In this document: piece after piece, positions 10,380-24,589 of the stretch | Position numbering within the stretch: position 1 is the first letter of the stretch | Layout: each line of letters opens with the position of its first letter | Assembly: GCA_020891255.1 (NCBI GenBank) | Contig: BQFW01000013.1 | Location: forward strand, 1,178,001-1,242,000 | Source: Entomortierella parvispora E1425 | Taxonomy: Eukaryota > Fungi > Mortierellomycota | DNA length: 64,000 bases | Reading direction: 5' to 3' | Translations under genes and position numbers: made by a program | The notes under the pieces: model-generated | What the model was told of the DNA's origin: nothing | Databases searched by the model: none | Seen by the model: only the letters and a program-made list of their open reading frames with translations

Positions 10380-12589
10380 ATGGGAAAAGGTAAGAGAAAC
10401 AAAAAGGAAAAAAAAAAAAAACTCCACTCTTCCTCCTCCACCTCCCCACTTCCCACGCTCCTCCAAAAGCTCTTTGCAAGGGTCCTTGTTCCTCTGGATG
10501 TGGTCTTGAAGAGCAGCCTTTTACTGGATCCCATCGAACGGAGACTCTAGAAACCTTGTCTCCACCTGTTGGCATCACTATGACGTTAGACTCTTTCCCC
10601 CTCTCTCTCTCTCTCTCTCTCTCTCAAGATCAGGCAAACTAACCATCTTTTTGCTTTCTGTTTTTCGTAGCCGTCGGTATTGATCTCGGAACCACATACT
10701 CTTGCGTTGCCGTCTGGCAGAACGACAGAGTGGAAATCATCGCCAACGACCAGGGTAACCGCACCACACCCTCGTATGTCGCCTTCACAGACACGGAGCG
10801 TCTCATCGGAGATGCCGCCAAGAACCAGGTGGCCATGAACCCCACCAACACGGTCTTTGACGCCAAGCGACTGATCGGTCGTCGCTTCGATGACAAGGAT
10901 GTCCAGTCCGACATGAAGCACTGGCCCTTCAAGGTCATTGACAAGGCCACAAAGCCCTACATCCAGGTCGAGTTCAAGGGCGAGAAGAAGGACTTTACGC
11001 CCGAGGAAATCTCGGCCATGGTCTTGACAAAGATGAAGGAGACTGCTGATGCCTACCTGGGCGAGACTGTGACAGACGCCGTCATCACCGTCCCCGCCTA
11101 CTTCAACGACTCGCAGCGTCAGGCCACCAAGGACGCCGGAATGATTGCCGGCATGAACGTCTTGCGTATCATCAACGAGCCTACGGCCGCCGCCATTGCC
11201 TACGGTCTCGACAAGAAGGGTGCAGGCGAGAAGAACGTGCTTATTTTCGATCTCGGCGGTGGCACCTTTGATGTCTCCCTCTTGACCATTGAGGATGGCA
11301 TTTTCGAGGTCAAGGCCACGGCTGGTGATACCCATTTGGGAGGCGAGGATTTCGATAACCGCCTCGTCACCCACTTCTGTCAAGAATTCAAGCGCAAGTA
11401 CAAGAAGGATCTCTCGGGCAATGCTCGTGCTCTCCGTCGTCTCCGCACAGCCTGCGAGCGTGCCAAGCGTTCGCTCTCGTCCTCGGCCCAGACCTCGCTC
11501 GAGATTGACTCCCTGTTCGAGGGTATCGATTTCTACACGTCCCTCACCCGTGCCCGTTTTGAGGAGTTGAACCAGGATCTCTTCCGTAACACCATGGAGC
11601 CCGTCGAGAAGGTTCTCCGTGACTCCAAGATCGACAAGGGTTTGGTGGACGAGATCGTCTTGGTCGGAGGATCCACCCGTATTCCCAAGATCCAAAAGAT
11701 GGTCTCGGACTTCTTCAACGGCAAGGAGCCCAACAAGTCCATTAACCCCGATGAGGCCGTCGCCTATGGTGCCGCTGTCCAGGCCGCCATTTTGACCGGC
11801 GATACCTCTGACAAGACCCAGGGCTTGCTCTTGCTCGATGTTGCTCCTCTTTCGCTCGGTATTGAGACTGCTGGAGGTGTCATGACTGCCCTCATCAAGC
11901 GCAACACCACCGTCCCCACTAAGAAGTCCGAGACTTTCTCGACCTACGCCGATAACCAGCCTGGTGTCTTGATTCAGGTTTATGAGGGAGAGCGTGCCCG
12001 CACCAAGGACAACAACTTGTTGGGCAAGTTCGAGCTCACAGGTATTGCCCCCGCTCCCCGAGGTATCCCCCAGATCGAGGTCGCCTTTGACATTGATGCC
12101 AACGGTATCTTGAACGTCTCTGCCGCGGACAAGGCCACGGGTCGCGCCAACAAGATTACGATTACAAACGACAAGGGTCGTCTCTCCAAGGAGGAGATTG
12201 AGCGCATGGTCAACGAGGCCGAGAAGTACAAGGCGGAGGATGAGGCTGCCACTGCCCGTATCCAGTCCAAGAACGGTCTCGAGTCCTTTGCCTTCAACAT
12301 CAAGAACTCTTTGAACGACGAGAAGGTGGCGGGCAAGTTGGATGCCGCTGACAAGAAGAAGCTCGAAGATGCCTGCCAGGAGGTCATCTCTTGGTTGGAT
12401 GGAAACCAGGAGGCAGACAAGGAGGAGTACGATGCCAAGCAGAAGCATCTCGAGGAGATCTCCAACCCCATCATGATGAAGCTCTATGGCGGTGCTGGCG
12501 GTCCACCCGGCGGTGCTCCAGGCGGTGCTGCTCCTGGAGGCTTCCCCGGAGCAGGCTCGGACGAGCCCACCATCGAAGAGGTCGACTAA
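10380..12589 (+). CDS. HSP70: Cytosolic Hsp70 (Ssa type), 2 exons
   Basis: Micro-exon 10380-10389 (ATG GGA AAA G), intron 10390-10670, then [41 protein letters not shown] and C-terminal GGAP repeats ending PTIEEVD. Confidence 0.98.
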
Positions 12590-12798
12590 AGGATCAAGAC
12601 TTTCAAAAAAACCCCCCCTCCCTTTCCGTTGGCATCCTCTTTCCCTCCTCAAGAATCTGTACTTTACTCTCTCTCTCTCTCCCCAGCCAGCTCTTAACAA
12701 CGACAACAAGTGTAAATAAAAAAAATTGTAACACCACGAACATCTCTTTCTTTCTTTTATTTTTATTTATTGTCTTTCGCTGTCTTTATTCTCCAATC

Positions 12799-15700
12799 CT
12801 ACATGAACGCGTTCCAGCCAACGTACATTTCGGACAAGTTCTTGGGCGAGGTTGCGACTTGAATCAGCTCTTGGACTTGGCCCTTCACCGACAACTGACT
12901 TGACACATTGGGCTCGTTTCCACCCAACTTCCTTCGCACCAGAGACAGCGTCGCCTGTGCCGTCTCGGCCTGAATCGACTCTGGATCCTCGGCTTTGTTG
13001 GAGCCAGAGGGTTGTTGCTGCTGTCCCCGTCGCTTGTTCTTGGACCACTCCACCAGAGGGTCATGAACGAAACCCTCCAGGACCGATATCAAGGACTCTG
13101 CATTGGCCCTAAACACTTTAAGTGTTTCTTCGCAGGCTGATTGGAACACACCCTCCGTCTTGGAGAGACCCATGGCGTCCACCATGTTATGTGTAAGTCG
13201 GAACGGGACCATCTCGGGCTTGGGAAATGTCTTTCCGAGCTCAAACAGGCAGTTGAAGTCGACATGCACAAGATCTCCATTCCTCTCGTCAAACAGCAAG
13301 TTTTCTCCGTGACGATCACCCAGCCTATAGAAAAAAAGAAAAAAGAACCCCCTGTCAGAATCACAGACCGTAACAAAAACAACAATACAGTCAGGAAAAA
13401 GGCCATCTTCTTACCCCAATATATGACCCGCCATGGACATGACTGCCATCGTTCGGGTATATTGCAGTCGATAGGCAAACCAAGAAGTTGGATCCGAGGC
13501 AATGTCTTTGAACCACTGATAGAAAACTGTTGGAAACTTGGGCAGTAGCTCCTTCGTAAACAAGTTGACGTGATCGTCGTGTTCCAGAATGCGCTTGATA
13601 TCCAGCATCTACATATGATTGAAGCGTCTGTTAGGGTGCGTCCTTTGACTAGTGATCATTATCACGTATACAGAACGAGGATGAGCACCTACCCCGGGTA
13701 GTGTAATTCCATGGACTTTGTACTGTCTCTGCACGATGTGTCTATATGGAATCGTACCGTGGACCCACTCAATTAGTCCACACTCTTCGTTCAACGGCAC
13801 GACGGCATATGTTCGGATATCTATAGGAAATGAGTCAAGAATGAATCCTTCTTAGTTCTTTCCTTCCTTTTCATGTGTCAACTCTGGCGGTAATCCAGAC
13901 AGGTCTCCTTACACAAGTTTCGCTTGTTGGCTTCTCGGCTCTTGCGCAAAAGAGTGTTGACCAACTGGTTGAACTCCATGACCTTTGCATCCTTTCGCAA
14001 GTCATCCTTAGGCTTGCACAGAAAAGTATAGTTTTTGCCATCGCTTCCAATCATGGTGATTTTTCGCGGTCTTTGAAGAGAGGACATGATATCCACCTCG
14101 TCCTTGAAGCCTACACATTCGCAAAAAGACATATTGTTAGTCGTTCGGACTAGGAGAAAAGAAAGGTGCCCGCATAGTGTTACCCTTCCAGTATTACCGT
14201 TAATCTTGGGAAGTCCCGGCAAGAATGGCTGATGCGAGGCTAATGTCTGACTTGACTCGGGCAGTGTCGGCCAAAGTGTCAATTGCAAGGGCACCATTAC
14301 ACTATAGCGCGGCTTCAGTTGCCTTGCAATCTTTGAAAAGTGCTTCTCCAAACTGAGTTTGTTGACCTTGTCAGGGACTGGTGACATGCAAAGCGCGATC
14401 AAATGGTCGCATAGATCCAGGGCTTCCCGGATATGTTCCATGATCGCCATGCCAATCTTGGGTTTGTACTGGATTGAGTCTAGAATCTTGTTGCAGACCC
14501 TCTTGCGTTCAGGGACAATTGATTTCGAAAGCGAGACCATCTGCCACAGTGCCTGGTCCGGATAAAGAATCACCACGCTGACAATAATATGCTGGAGGAC
14601 TGCAAATGCATCTGCATTCTTGTGACAGATTCTTGAGATGATCTGGGGGAACGCAGACAGGAACTACAGAAAACAAAAAAAAAAAAAAAAAAAAAAAAAG
14701 CAGGTTCATATCAGTCCGTGAAAAATCAAAATCCGAGTGCATCCCATGGAGTATGTCCACATACCATATATGCTGGAAGACAGTTGGTGAGCGTTTCCAT
14801 GACAGCATTGATTTGGTTAAACTCTGCATTCAGTGCCATTTGCGACTGGTAGTGCGCCTCCGCACCTGCACTCATTCCAGCAGTACTAGCGGGTAGAGTC
14901 CGAACTTGCTGTCCGAGATCAAGCCACAAGGTCAAAAGTCGAGGCAAAATCTGATAGAGATATTTTGGTCCCAGGGTTAGAGCTCTCCCAAAGAGCCGAC
15001 ATGCCGTGGTAGCCAAGCTAAAAAGTGGTAGAAGTAGCCGTGCTGGAGTGATTAGAATGATTTCTTCGAGAATGGTTTCCAGGAAAGCAAATTTCTCCGA
15101 AATACCGTACTTGTAACTTGTGCGACCTTTGTTCCGCCGGGAAAGCTCATACATTTTGAAGTAGTATTGCCCAAGGTAATAGTAGCCTTTCTCCCAGCGG
15201 TCACATTCCACTACCGCTTGCTTGTATCCATCCATGATCTCAGAGAGACTGACCACGCTACTTTGTTCCTGCCAGCGGGTCTTGAGCAATATAGCTTTGG
15301 ATCGAATAAAGCCAATCGCATTCATGTCGACGACCGAGTCCAGCGCCCTGTCCAGTTGAGTGTTGACGTTCCAGGCCTTTTGATTATTTCCAGAGGTGGA
15401 TCGGAGCCGAGGAAGAGTCTGCCCAAAACTGCGTCCAACTCTCGCAGCTGCTTCCGCCTCTGGGAGAGCCAGAGACCGGGTGAGCGCCGACTCGATGGCC
15501 TGAGTAGCTTGTTGCTCATCCTGGTGTGAATATCCCCACTTCACGCGTTCAATTAGGGCAGACCGTACTTTGAGTTCCTCCGCTTGGAGCATGGCACCAA
15601 AAAACGTTTGATCATTCCCTGACTGCCGGGCCATTTTGGCTGTCTGGAGCCAGATTTGACCACTTCCGCCTCGCAAATATTCCACTGCGGCCTCAGATCC

Positions 15701-18700
15701 AGACTCAGGAATGCTAATGAACAAAAGCAAGTGGTCAGTTGGTCATTTCCATCTGAAAAGTAAAATGAAACCGGATAGGGGCACACTAAAAAGCACTTAC
15801 CGTAGGTCGTAGAAAGCAATCCGACGAAGTCTCAGTACTTGTTCCCGCACTCGGAATGATGGGGCCATGGAGTCTAGCCTTTGATCAAGCCTGGATTCAT
15901 ACGCTTTCAATCTATTCGTATAGAGGCGCCCAGGAGTTCCCATTCTCATTTCTCCAAGAATTTGGTTATCACTGCTTTCAGAATTCCAAGTCCTGAAGGC
16001 GACCTCCATCTCATGAAGCATGTGGAGCTTTACAAGCGAATCATAGGCGCGCGAATAGCTCTCCATGCTAGCTGCAGCCAGGGGTGCAATCAATGTTGAT
16101 CGTACTGCTTGAATATGGCGGGAAAAATCCTGAACACGGTTTCCTCGCATGTCCAGTAGAAGCTGTCCAACCCCAGTCTCAAAAGTGCTTTGGTATGGAC
16201 GAGACAGGGACACCTCGAGAGTATCCCAGTTCATGAGTTTCCAAGCTGCTCCAATCCTAGTGCTGTTGAGTGTTTCTTCCCAGTCGGGTTTGGAGGAGAT
16301 GTCTCCTTGAACACCCATAAGCATGGTCTCTAACAGTATCAAATTACAAAATTTGGTAAGTCATGACACAGATACCATCAATTCCGACAGTATCGTCAAA
16401 GACAAACGTACCAAACTTTCCAAGGTTCTCCAAGCTATTGAACAGGCCAACGTGGTTTTTGATCCATTCGGGCTCTGTTTTCAGGGCTTGCTCATAGTAC
16501 GCCTGTGCCTCATTCCATCGTCCAGCACTCTCATACTGAAGCAGCTGCTGATTCCTCGATCCACTGGTGATCATGTATGATATTCCTTCCATGCCGTCAG
16601 GTTCTTCGAGGTTAATGTAGATTTCTTGGAGTTCTTCGTACATGCTCTGAAGAGTGCTGTCGCTCAACTTTGGGCCTGGGGCACCCGGAGCTCGAAGGTC
16701 ACGGATGTTTTGCTCATAGTGTAGCAATGCACGAGCATACGCTTGACTTCGATAGGATGCTCGAGCAATAACGTCGTTCGAGATTGACGCCAGGTGTTTC
16801 TGCAAGCGAGTAAGTGCTGCTTCACTTGAGGGACGTGATATAGCTTGCGATGTCTCTGCAGAGGTCGTAATAAGTGCGCGTTGCGATGTCCGTGTTGCCA
16901 TGCTCTTGTTGGTCTGGATCCAGTTAGATATGTGGTCCAGCAGTGCAAAAACGGCCTGTTGATCAGGTATAAATTAAAAAGTTAGAGCTTTTCTTTCAAT
17001 GAAAAAAAGCTACCATCCAACAATCCAAATATGAAGAAACAAACCTGGGAACCCAGTTGATACAGCTCATTCGTCGATTGTGGTGGCATCCCTGCAGTTG
17101 GCTGTACTCCAACACTTCGCCAGTCTTTTCCAGGTCCAAGAACTGCTTCAATTTCCGTTAGGATTTCGCTTCGGTCTTGTTCGGAGCCCTCCAGCAGCAC
17201 ATTAAGCACCAAATGAGGCAATATGTACTGACAGGTATTGGTATCATTCAACGCAACGTGTTTGAGGGCCTGGAAAATCTCGCGAGCGTTTTGTCCCTTG
17301 ACTTTGGAAATAAGCCCGCGCGTCCAAAGGGTGATCCACCGTTGGAATGTCTTGACTTCCGGAAAGAGCGGACATGGTAGGTCTGAAGCTGTGGCTGCCG
17401 CATCCTGTGAATATTTGGCATCAATAAAAAGCTCTAAAACATCCCGGACATGACGTGGGAAGTCGTACCATCTGTCTTTGGGTGTTTTCACAATAACTCT
17501 CCTAGATGAACCTGAGTTCTGTGATCCTGCCCTCTGTGTGCTTGGCAATTGTTCAGGACCAATCAGCACTGCCTTCGTGATACCGCAAAACGACAGAAGG
17601 GTTTGAAGAGCAAACGCCCACCGACTTTCAGAGCGGAAATCTCCAATAGATCGAGACCTTCCTACCAGCTGAGCCTGGATGAGTTCACAGACAAAGTTTC
17701 GGGAATCTTCCAAGTCATTGAAATTCGGGTATAAACTCTTTGTCGGTTCTTGAGGCGAACGGGCCAGTTTCGTAGGGTCAATAGCTCCGACAATACCAAG
17801 GCATTCGATACATCGCCGAGGCACATCTGCATCCAAGCCCTTGTAGCGACCGATGCCTTCCAGAAGCATCTGTATCAGCTTGTAGAGTGTCGGCTCCATC
17901 TCCTTGTCCTTTTGCAGAGCCATGTCCAGAATGACCTGCTCGTTCGTCAGCAGGAGCTCCTTCAGCTCCAAAAGCGCCTGTGCTGCTAAATTAGCGTTTT
18001 CGTGGCGCGAACGCTCAATAAAGCGCTGTAGTTGTTTGTCGAGACTGTCCCGTTGTTTGAGATCAGACAATACTCGATTGATATCTCGAAAGTTGGGAAG
18101 ATTGGGTAGTGCTCCAACATTCTCCAGGGGTCCGGCTAGCTCTTTTTGACAGTCAAGCACCAAAAAATCAAGGATCTCCTGTATGCGGGGCTGCTCTTCA
18201 GTCCTTGAAGACTGGTATATGCCCCCCAAAGTGTGAACAAGAAGAGACAGCAGCTCATCCAGATGGCCCGATGGAACGATTCTGACGATGCCCACCATGA
18301 CTTGTAGCGATTGGAGACGCAACTCTCTGGAGTCAAGAGCAATCAAAAGCGGCGAAAATATCTGTAAAAAGGACCGATTAGCTGTTAATAAAACTCGTAC
18401 TCATTACATGCCACATGATCGTCCATTGATAGCGAGCGCGAGCATACCTGGGATAAGATCGTCCGTCGGATTGGCTGGAGTAGCTTGGTCAAGCCCATCA
18501 AACAGCGTAGATATCTTGCCTTTGTTCCCAATGACACGTCTTGATTTGATTCGAGCACAGAGTTGTTGATGTCGCTCAAGATACCAAGGATATATCCTCC
18601 CAGAAATTCTGACAGAAGTGGGATTTCCTGATGTTCCTCATCGCGACTGCACACAAGGTCCTTCACCGCCTCAAGTGCCGAGGCAGCTTTTTGTTGAACA

Positions 18701-21700
18701 GCTACATCAACGTCCCCAAGTTCCACGCTCAGACGGAAGAGCAAGCCTGGAGTCGAGAGCGAGGAAAGCTCAGAGATGCCCAGCGATTCGAGTCTAGGAT
18801 CGGAATCTTCATCCTTCTGAACTACACGTCTAAAGCATTCAACGCATGGAGCGACAGCCTCACGATCATTCTGCATAAAAACCGCCGCAAGAACATGGTC
18901 CACGTTCTCAATGCAAAGAAAAGCTGCCGTTCGACCTAATCTCGCGGCTAGATTCTGGATTAGGTCTGCACGTTGGACAAGGACCATTTTCGGCAGCAGG
19001 ATCTCCACGTTCCTCTGTATGAACTGACTTTGACTGAGTCCTGTCCATGATATTATAGACTGTAGCCAGGTCTCTTGGTCCATAGCTAGCTTCTCGATAA
19101 CCAAAGCACAAGTCAATCCGATCTGAGGTCTTAGGAATCGATAGTTTGAAAGATCCTTGTCTCTTGCGATCCCTGATAACTATCAGCAGAGAAATTAACA
19201 GTTAAATACATTGTCAAGGCGCCTGCCTGCTCTTAGGCAAAATGTGGGCTACATACCTGATGGAGAACAATTGTGGTTCTCTGGGAATCCTTGGATGACT
19301 GAGAGATCAGCTCCCCAAGGAGTTTCACATAAGTAGGATGGTCTTCAGGCAATCGTCTCATTATCCTTTGACAATGATTAAGAAGTGAATTGAAGCACTT
19401 GCTTCGGAATCTGCTCGAAAATGCACTAGATACGGCTTCTTCCACCTGCGCGAGGTTATCATCTATGCTGGACACATCCAAAGGATGAAGCGCAACTTGC
19501 GCGCCAACCATACATGAAATGAGTTCCGCGATGTCACTAGAGGAGAAACCCGCGTTAGAAGGAATCCAGTAAAAAAAAATATGGGGGCAATTTACTTGCT
19601 GCCAAGCACTTACCCAGCAGCTGCTGCAATTTCTGGATTAGAATCTGAGAGATGGTGCAGAACAAACGCTCCCAAACCGGTGTTTTGGATGCTGACTGAA
19701 GACAGATCCAGGTGACAGAATACTCTGTAGAGTCCGCCAATGAGGGTCAACTTTAGCTCAGGTGATGTCGCAAGAGGAGCAAGTCGAGCGAACCAATCCA
19801 GAAATGAAGGATTTATAAATGTCCCTGAATGTGTTGCGTCCTTGTGCACTAGATTTCCTGTACCACAGATGCTACAAAACTTTTGCGGAGTAAATCTCTG
19901 AATTTCGCTGTCAAAAGTGAATGGAGCGAGGTCCCGTTCCAGCTTCTGGCGATCCGACAACGAGTTGCCACATGCGAAGGTACCCAAACAAGAAGAGAGC
20001 ACCATCATCAAATCAAGATCGCCATCGGGGCTTGCGGTCAACCTAAGTACTCAATACGAATTAATATCGGGGCCGCCAATCTTTGACGCTTGACCTGGCT
20101 ATCATAACAAAAAACGCACCCACATACCTTGCAACGGCCTGCAGTGAGTCCAATTTATCTGGACAATGGATGTTCAGGACAGCCAAGGCCTCAACAGCGG
20201 TCAACTGAAGTAACCGGCTCTCAGTATGCGAGTTCAACGCCCTGATGAATAGATGGTGCCGCCAGATAGATAAAGAGGGACAAAATGGGAGGGTTGCCAA
20301 AATGCGCATTGCTTCCTGCTTGTGTGATCGAAAGCAGTTCCCTGCTTGTAAAAGCAGTTGCGGATTTGTCCGCAGTCTCACTTCTATTTCCGTTCCATCT
20401 ACTAGCGACAGGATAGCATCAACGAGCTCCTGCTCCGATTCGTGTTCTCCAGTATCCATAGCCAACTCTTGCCACAACTGGAAAGATGTGATGTTGGTGA
20501 ACCAGGGGCCCGAGGCTAATATAATTGAAGAGGACCGCAAGCTGGACCCCAATCCTGAAATAAAAAAAGTGACTTGTTAGAAAGATACGGAAAAAAAAAT
20601 GTTGGTGGTGTATTTCCAAGTAGAACCTACGGTAGCTTGCCAGGGAGGCAATCACTCGAAGTATTAGGGGGTACGATGATTCAAGGTAGGAGGAGTTGAG
20701 AGTTGCATCCTAGAAAAAAAATTAGTTCTATTGCCAAAAAACCGAGATGTTGATTGATGTTGTGGACGAGTGTGTGTACCTGCATCCCAGGACTCAATGC
20801 CCAAAGGAAGTAATTCCTCAAAATGGTTTCGACAAACCCCAAAAGCTGTGTTGTATTGGAATCCGCAGCGTTGTCTATACCTTTAGAAAAAAGACGCGCC
20901 CAAACTTGCAATATGACGATCAAAGACTGCAGGTCTTTCGTGCTAATAGGTGGCTAGAGAACGACTATCGCGTTAGATTATGATAAAGGAAACCTGGCGG
21001 AAGACAGACCAACTCCAAATCGAATCATCCACAACGACAAATCTTGTAAGTACCTTCACTCCTCTTGATCCCTGGCTTCCTGCGTACGAAGATGTTTGAA
21101 AGCAAACGTGTTTCTTAAAAGCTTCTAACAGTCGATCCGTAGGATATCTTGCCGCACCAATCTCTGGCTGAGAGGTAGTCCTTGACGCTCGCTGCGACAA
21201 CTGAGAGATAATGAGGCTTGAGCTGACAGATATAGCTGAAGGGGTATGACTTGGACTCTCAATCTTTGGTTTCTTTCCACTAATAACAATGTGAAGGAAG
21301 GTTAGAGTGGCGAACCTGGCCCTAGTTCATCCGAGTAAATACTTACCTGGAAAACTCTCCCATTTCGATATCTAGTTCGTCGATGGTCCGTTTAAGCGCA
21401 AGCAAGGGTTGTGAATCTTCGCCTAGCTGTTGGTGCACCTGCCCCGTCATACTCCAGCTGCATGTCAAGCAGGCATATATCACTTCCGCAAGAACACTCG
21501 GCTCTAAATGGTTAAATCGTGACAGCATGTAGTCCATGACTTCAGATGGATCCAACAAACAGCAGTGCGCAATAAGGGAGCCTACAGCCCTGACAAGAGT
21601 CCGCTGAAGTGAAAGAAAGACGAGGTGAAGGATAAATGTTAGCCCACGATCCATCGAGTGATGTGGTAATAAAGATGCTTATGAATACCTGTGTACCGCG

Positions 21701-23219
21701 ACCGGTGTCATCTTCTCCGAAAACTTCCAGTTGATCGGAAATCAATAGCTGCTCAAGAACGTACTGAATGCTATACATCTCAGCAGAATCAGTAGACATC
21801 CTCATCAAGTGCGCCATAGCGGTCTGGAAGGCCTTGGTCAGATGTGATTCCAGATGTGCCAAAAACTGCGACGACTCCCGAAATTCCTGAAAAGTGAATG
21901 ACGGTGGTTCGGGTGGTGTCACCCCTGCGTCCGTTTCCGTTTTGACTTGCATCTCAAGAGCTCGAGTTGGGGCGCCAGCGACCCACTCCTTGAATCGGTC
22001 ATGTACTGTCATCACATGAACATATAGTATTACAGCCAAAGCGCGAGTGAGGGTGGTCATCAGCCGCTCATCGTTGTTCAGCAGTGGAATAATACTCTCA
22101 ATGCACTCGCTGCAGACCTTGTACAACAAGTCAATGGCAGGTCGGGAAGTAGCCGTCAATCCTCGTCCTGTCGTGTCTCTTGAATTCCGTGGAAGAGTCC
22201 ACTGCAGCAGTGTATTGACAGAGGATAAAAGCGCAAGTCGGATATCCTCCTCAGATTTTGTCATTGGCCATATGGAAGGCTCGTATCTTGAACAGAGAGA
22301 TGACATCAGGAAGCATGTCACTCTCAGCACATCGTCTGCACCAGAAAACTGAAGGGTCATCCAAGGAATATCGCTCTCTTGGCCCGCAAGCGTCTTGAAT
22401 ACGCTCTGCTTAATCTTGCACCCCTGCTGCATCTCTTCCTGCTCAAGAAATATGATGAGCTCTAAGAGTGCGGATAAAATGTTAGTCTGGAAGTCTGTCC
22501 ATTGTGACAGATGATATCACACCTTTTTGATGACTATCCATACCTTGCAAGATATGCAAGACCGTCAATCGGAATTGCTTTGCTCTTGTATCAGTGCCTT
22601 GTGTAGGCATCAAGCTATCATCTGAGCCAAGAAGAGCGCTTTGGACAGTTTCGAGCATTCCAAAAACAAGCTCGCGATGTATGGTAGCGAATTCGTTGTT
22701 TGCAAAGAGAGGAATCAAGTTGACCAGGATGGCCCACTCCAGTCGTTGCATGGGCTTGTTGATCAGTGATGCTGGAAGACTGGCCCTGTCCAGGGGCATG
22801 AACGCGTATCTAGCCATGTTGTTGCGGCCCATGTCAATCATGCTCCGCAGCGTGCTTCCGATGGTCTGTAAGGCGTCTGGTCCGGTGCATGTTCCTATAG
22901 TTGTTTTCGACGCACGGTGTTAAAAAACCAAAACAAAAGAGAAGAAATAGACGTTGATCTGCAATACTTACCATTCTGAAAAGACGACAGCACTGGGCCA
23001 AGACCAACTTGTTCATCTTCGCAAAAGAACAGAAGGGCTTCGTAGACTGCAAATATAGCACAAAAATAAAACAAATCGCGATTTTAGTCCCTGAACGCCA
23101 CCACTTTTCCAAAGTTTAAAAATTCTCCAGCATAATGTGCTGTTGCATGAATGAATGTAAATGCAGTCATGTGGGTACGCACTCTGGTCAGTTGTTTGGG
23201 TGGCTGTTTGAGAGTCCAT
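12799..23219 (-). CDS. ATR: ATR/Mec1/Rad3 PIKK checkpoint kinase (~21 exons)
   Basis: Hand-spliced chain of phase-compatible GT-AG introns from a proposed ATG at 23219 (MDSQTATQTTDQ|IYEALL...). FAT region (LARASYRSQAYARALLHYE), kinase motifs LCKPKDDLRKD, GLGDRHGENILFD, HVDFNCLFELG, VPFRLTHNMVDAMG, and FATC ending LSEMYVGWNAFM*. The 5'-most exons are less certain. Confidence 0.93.
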
Positions 23220-23577
23220 GGTACTCGGTGTGTCCCACACGTGCGACTGGGCCACAGGGACCAGCACGGGAGTTTGTCAAGACACCTTTGCTCTTTTTGA
23301 AATCGATCGCCACGCGGTGCTCAGTGAAAGCGTGGCCTGTCGCAATGCTGAAAAATGCACCGAGGGTGGGTCTTTGCGCGAGAAGAGGGCAGCACGAATG
23401 GACAAATGGACGAATGGAACAACAGGTGATGGACGTGAAGGAGGGCCGAGGAAAGGAGAGGAAAGCAACTTTGGTGGCCAAGCGCTGCCTTTGCTGTACA
23501 TGTACATGTACGTAGGAGATCAGTCACGTGGCAGATTTCTCAAGCTACGGCTCTGTGCTGTTCCTTCGGTTGTTCAC

Positions 23578-23619
<42 letters not shown>

Positions 23620-23651
23620 TATATACACGTCCAGGACACACGTTTTACAGC
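23220..23651. promoter_or_regulatory. Probable bidirectional promoter (ATR / COX23) with TCACGTG site and (CA)n tract
   Basis: 432 bp between divergent start codons. TCACGTG at about 23524 and a CA repeat at about 23580-23612. Confidence 0.5.
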
Positions 23652-24208
23652 ATGGCCACCACAGACACACCACAGCAGCAGTCGGAGGCGACTAACGGAA
23701 ACAGTGCCAATACCTCGACTCCCAAGGGTAATGTTCCTCGAGGACCCATTCGTCGCCATGAGCGCATCGTCACCTCGGACGAGGAAATCAAGGAATTCAA
23801 CAAGGGATACTACCAAAAGGCACAATCACAGTATCTCGATCCTTGTCAGGCCCAGACAAAGGCTTCTATGAAGTGCATGGAGGCCAACAATTTTGATAAG
23901 CGTCGTTGCACACGCTTCTTTAAGGACTACTCAGATTGCAAAAAGAAATGGGTGAGTCTCATTGGCAGGTCCGCGTGCTAAGCTGGACATGAGCTATCCA
24001 GCTAGGGACCATGCAATAGATACAAACTGAAAGTAAGAGAGTATCATGAGGAAGCGCTAACCTCCAAGAGGGATCTTTTATTCTAAACCACTAGCTGGAT
24101 TCTTTGCGGGAGGACCGCCGGAAGAAAAACTTGGGAATTACGGACGAGGATGACATGCCCGAAGTCAAGAAGGAGAGCCCAGCAGCATCTAGTACGCCAT
24201 TATCATAA
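23652..24208 (+). CDS. COX23: Twin CX9C (CHCH) cytochrome c oxidase assembly protein Cox23
   Basis: Exons 23652-23951 and 24095-24208. SQYLDPCQAQTKASMKCMEANNFDKRRCTRFFKDYSDCKKKW contains two CX9C motifs and the Cox23-like DPC...C...N.D...C..FF..Y..CKK.W pattern. Confidence 0.85.
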
Positions 24209-24589
24209 GCAACTCGGGGGAGGCAGTACGGGTAGCGGACGTCTCGAAGAGAACACGAGAAATATCTAGAGTACGCGCTTCTCTAGGATTGTCTCAAACA
24301 AATGTACAAGTAAAGAAAACGCTCTTCAACCAACGACCGTGTGCGTGATGTTTAAACGAATCGGTGGGCAGGCATACAACTGTGAGTAGCACAAAGTCGA
24401 AAGGCACCTCAGCAGAAGAGGAGACCTCTGTTTTGACGCGGTCTCTATGCCTTAGGAGACATCCGGAGGACCGGAGCGGCGAACTCTGTGCGGATCACGT
24501 GATTATTGTGCACAGGTTGGGGGGACTGGAGTCTGGAGGTGGACAAAGTTGCATCTCTTTTACATCAAACCGACCGCTTGCTCAACTGG

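Noticed and set aside
10516-10524. GCCTTTTAC (U5 snRNA loop I nonamer) in the HSP70 intron; also considered an intronic U14 snoRNA
   Set aside because: Flanks pair for only 2 bp, there is no Sm site, and no C/D box pair is present.
10586-12709. 707-aa antisense ORF opposite HSP70
   Set aside because: Known shadow ORF caused by hsp70 codon bias, often mis-annotated as NAD-glutamate dehydrogenase. It exactly mirrors the sense gene.
21338-21352. ATACTTACCTGG, identical to the U1 snRNA 5' end
   Set aside because: It is the reverse complement of a consensus 5' splice site (CCAG|GTAAGTAT) of an ATR intron.
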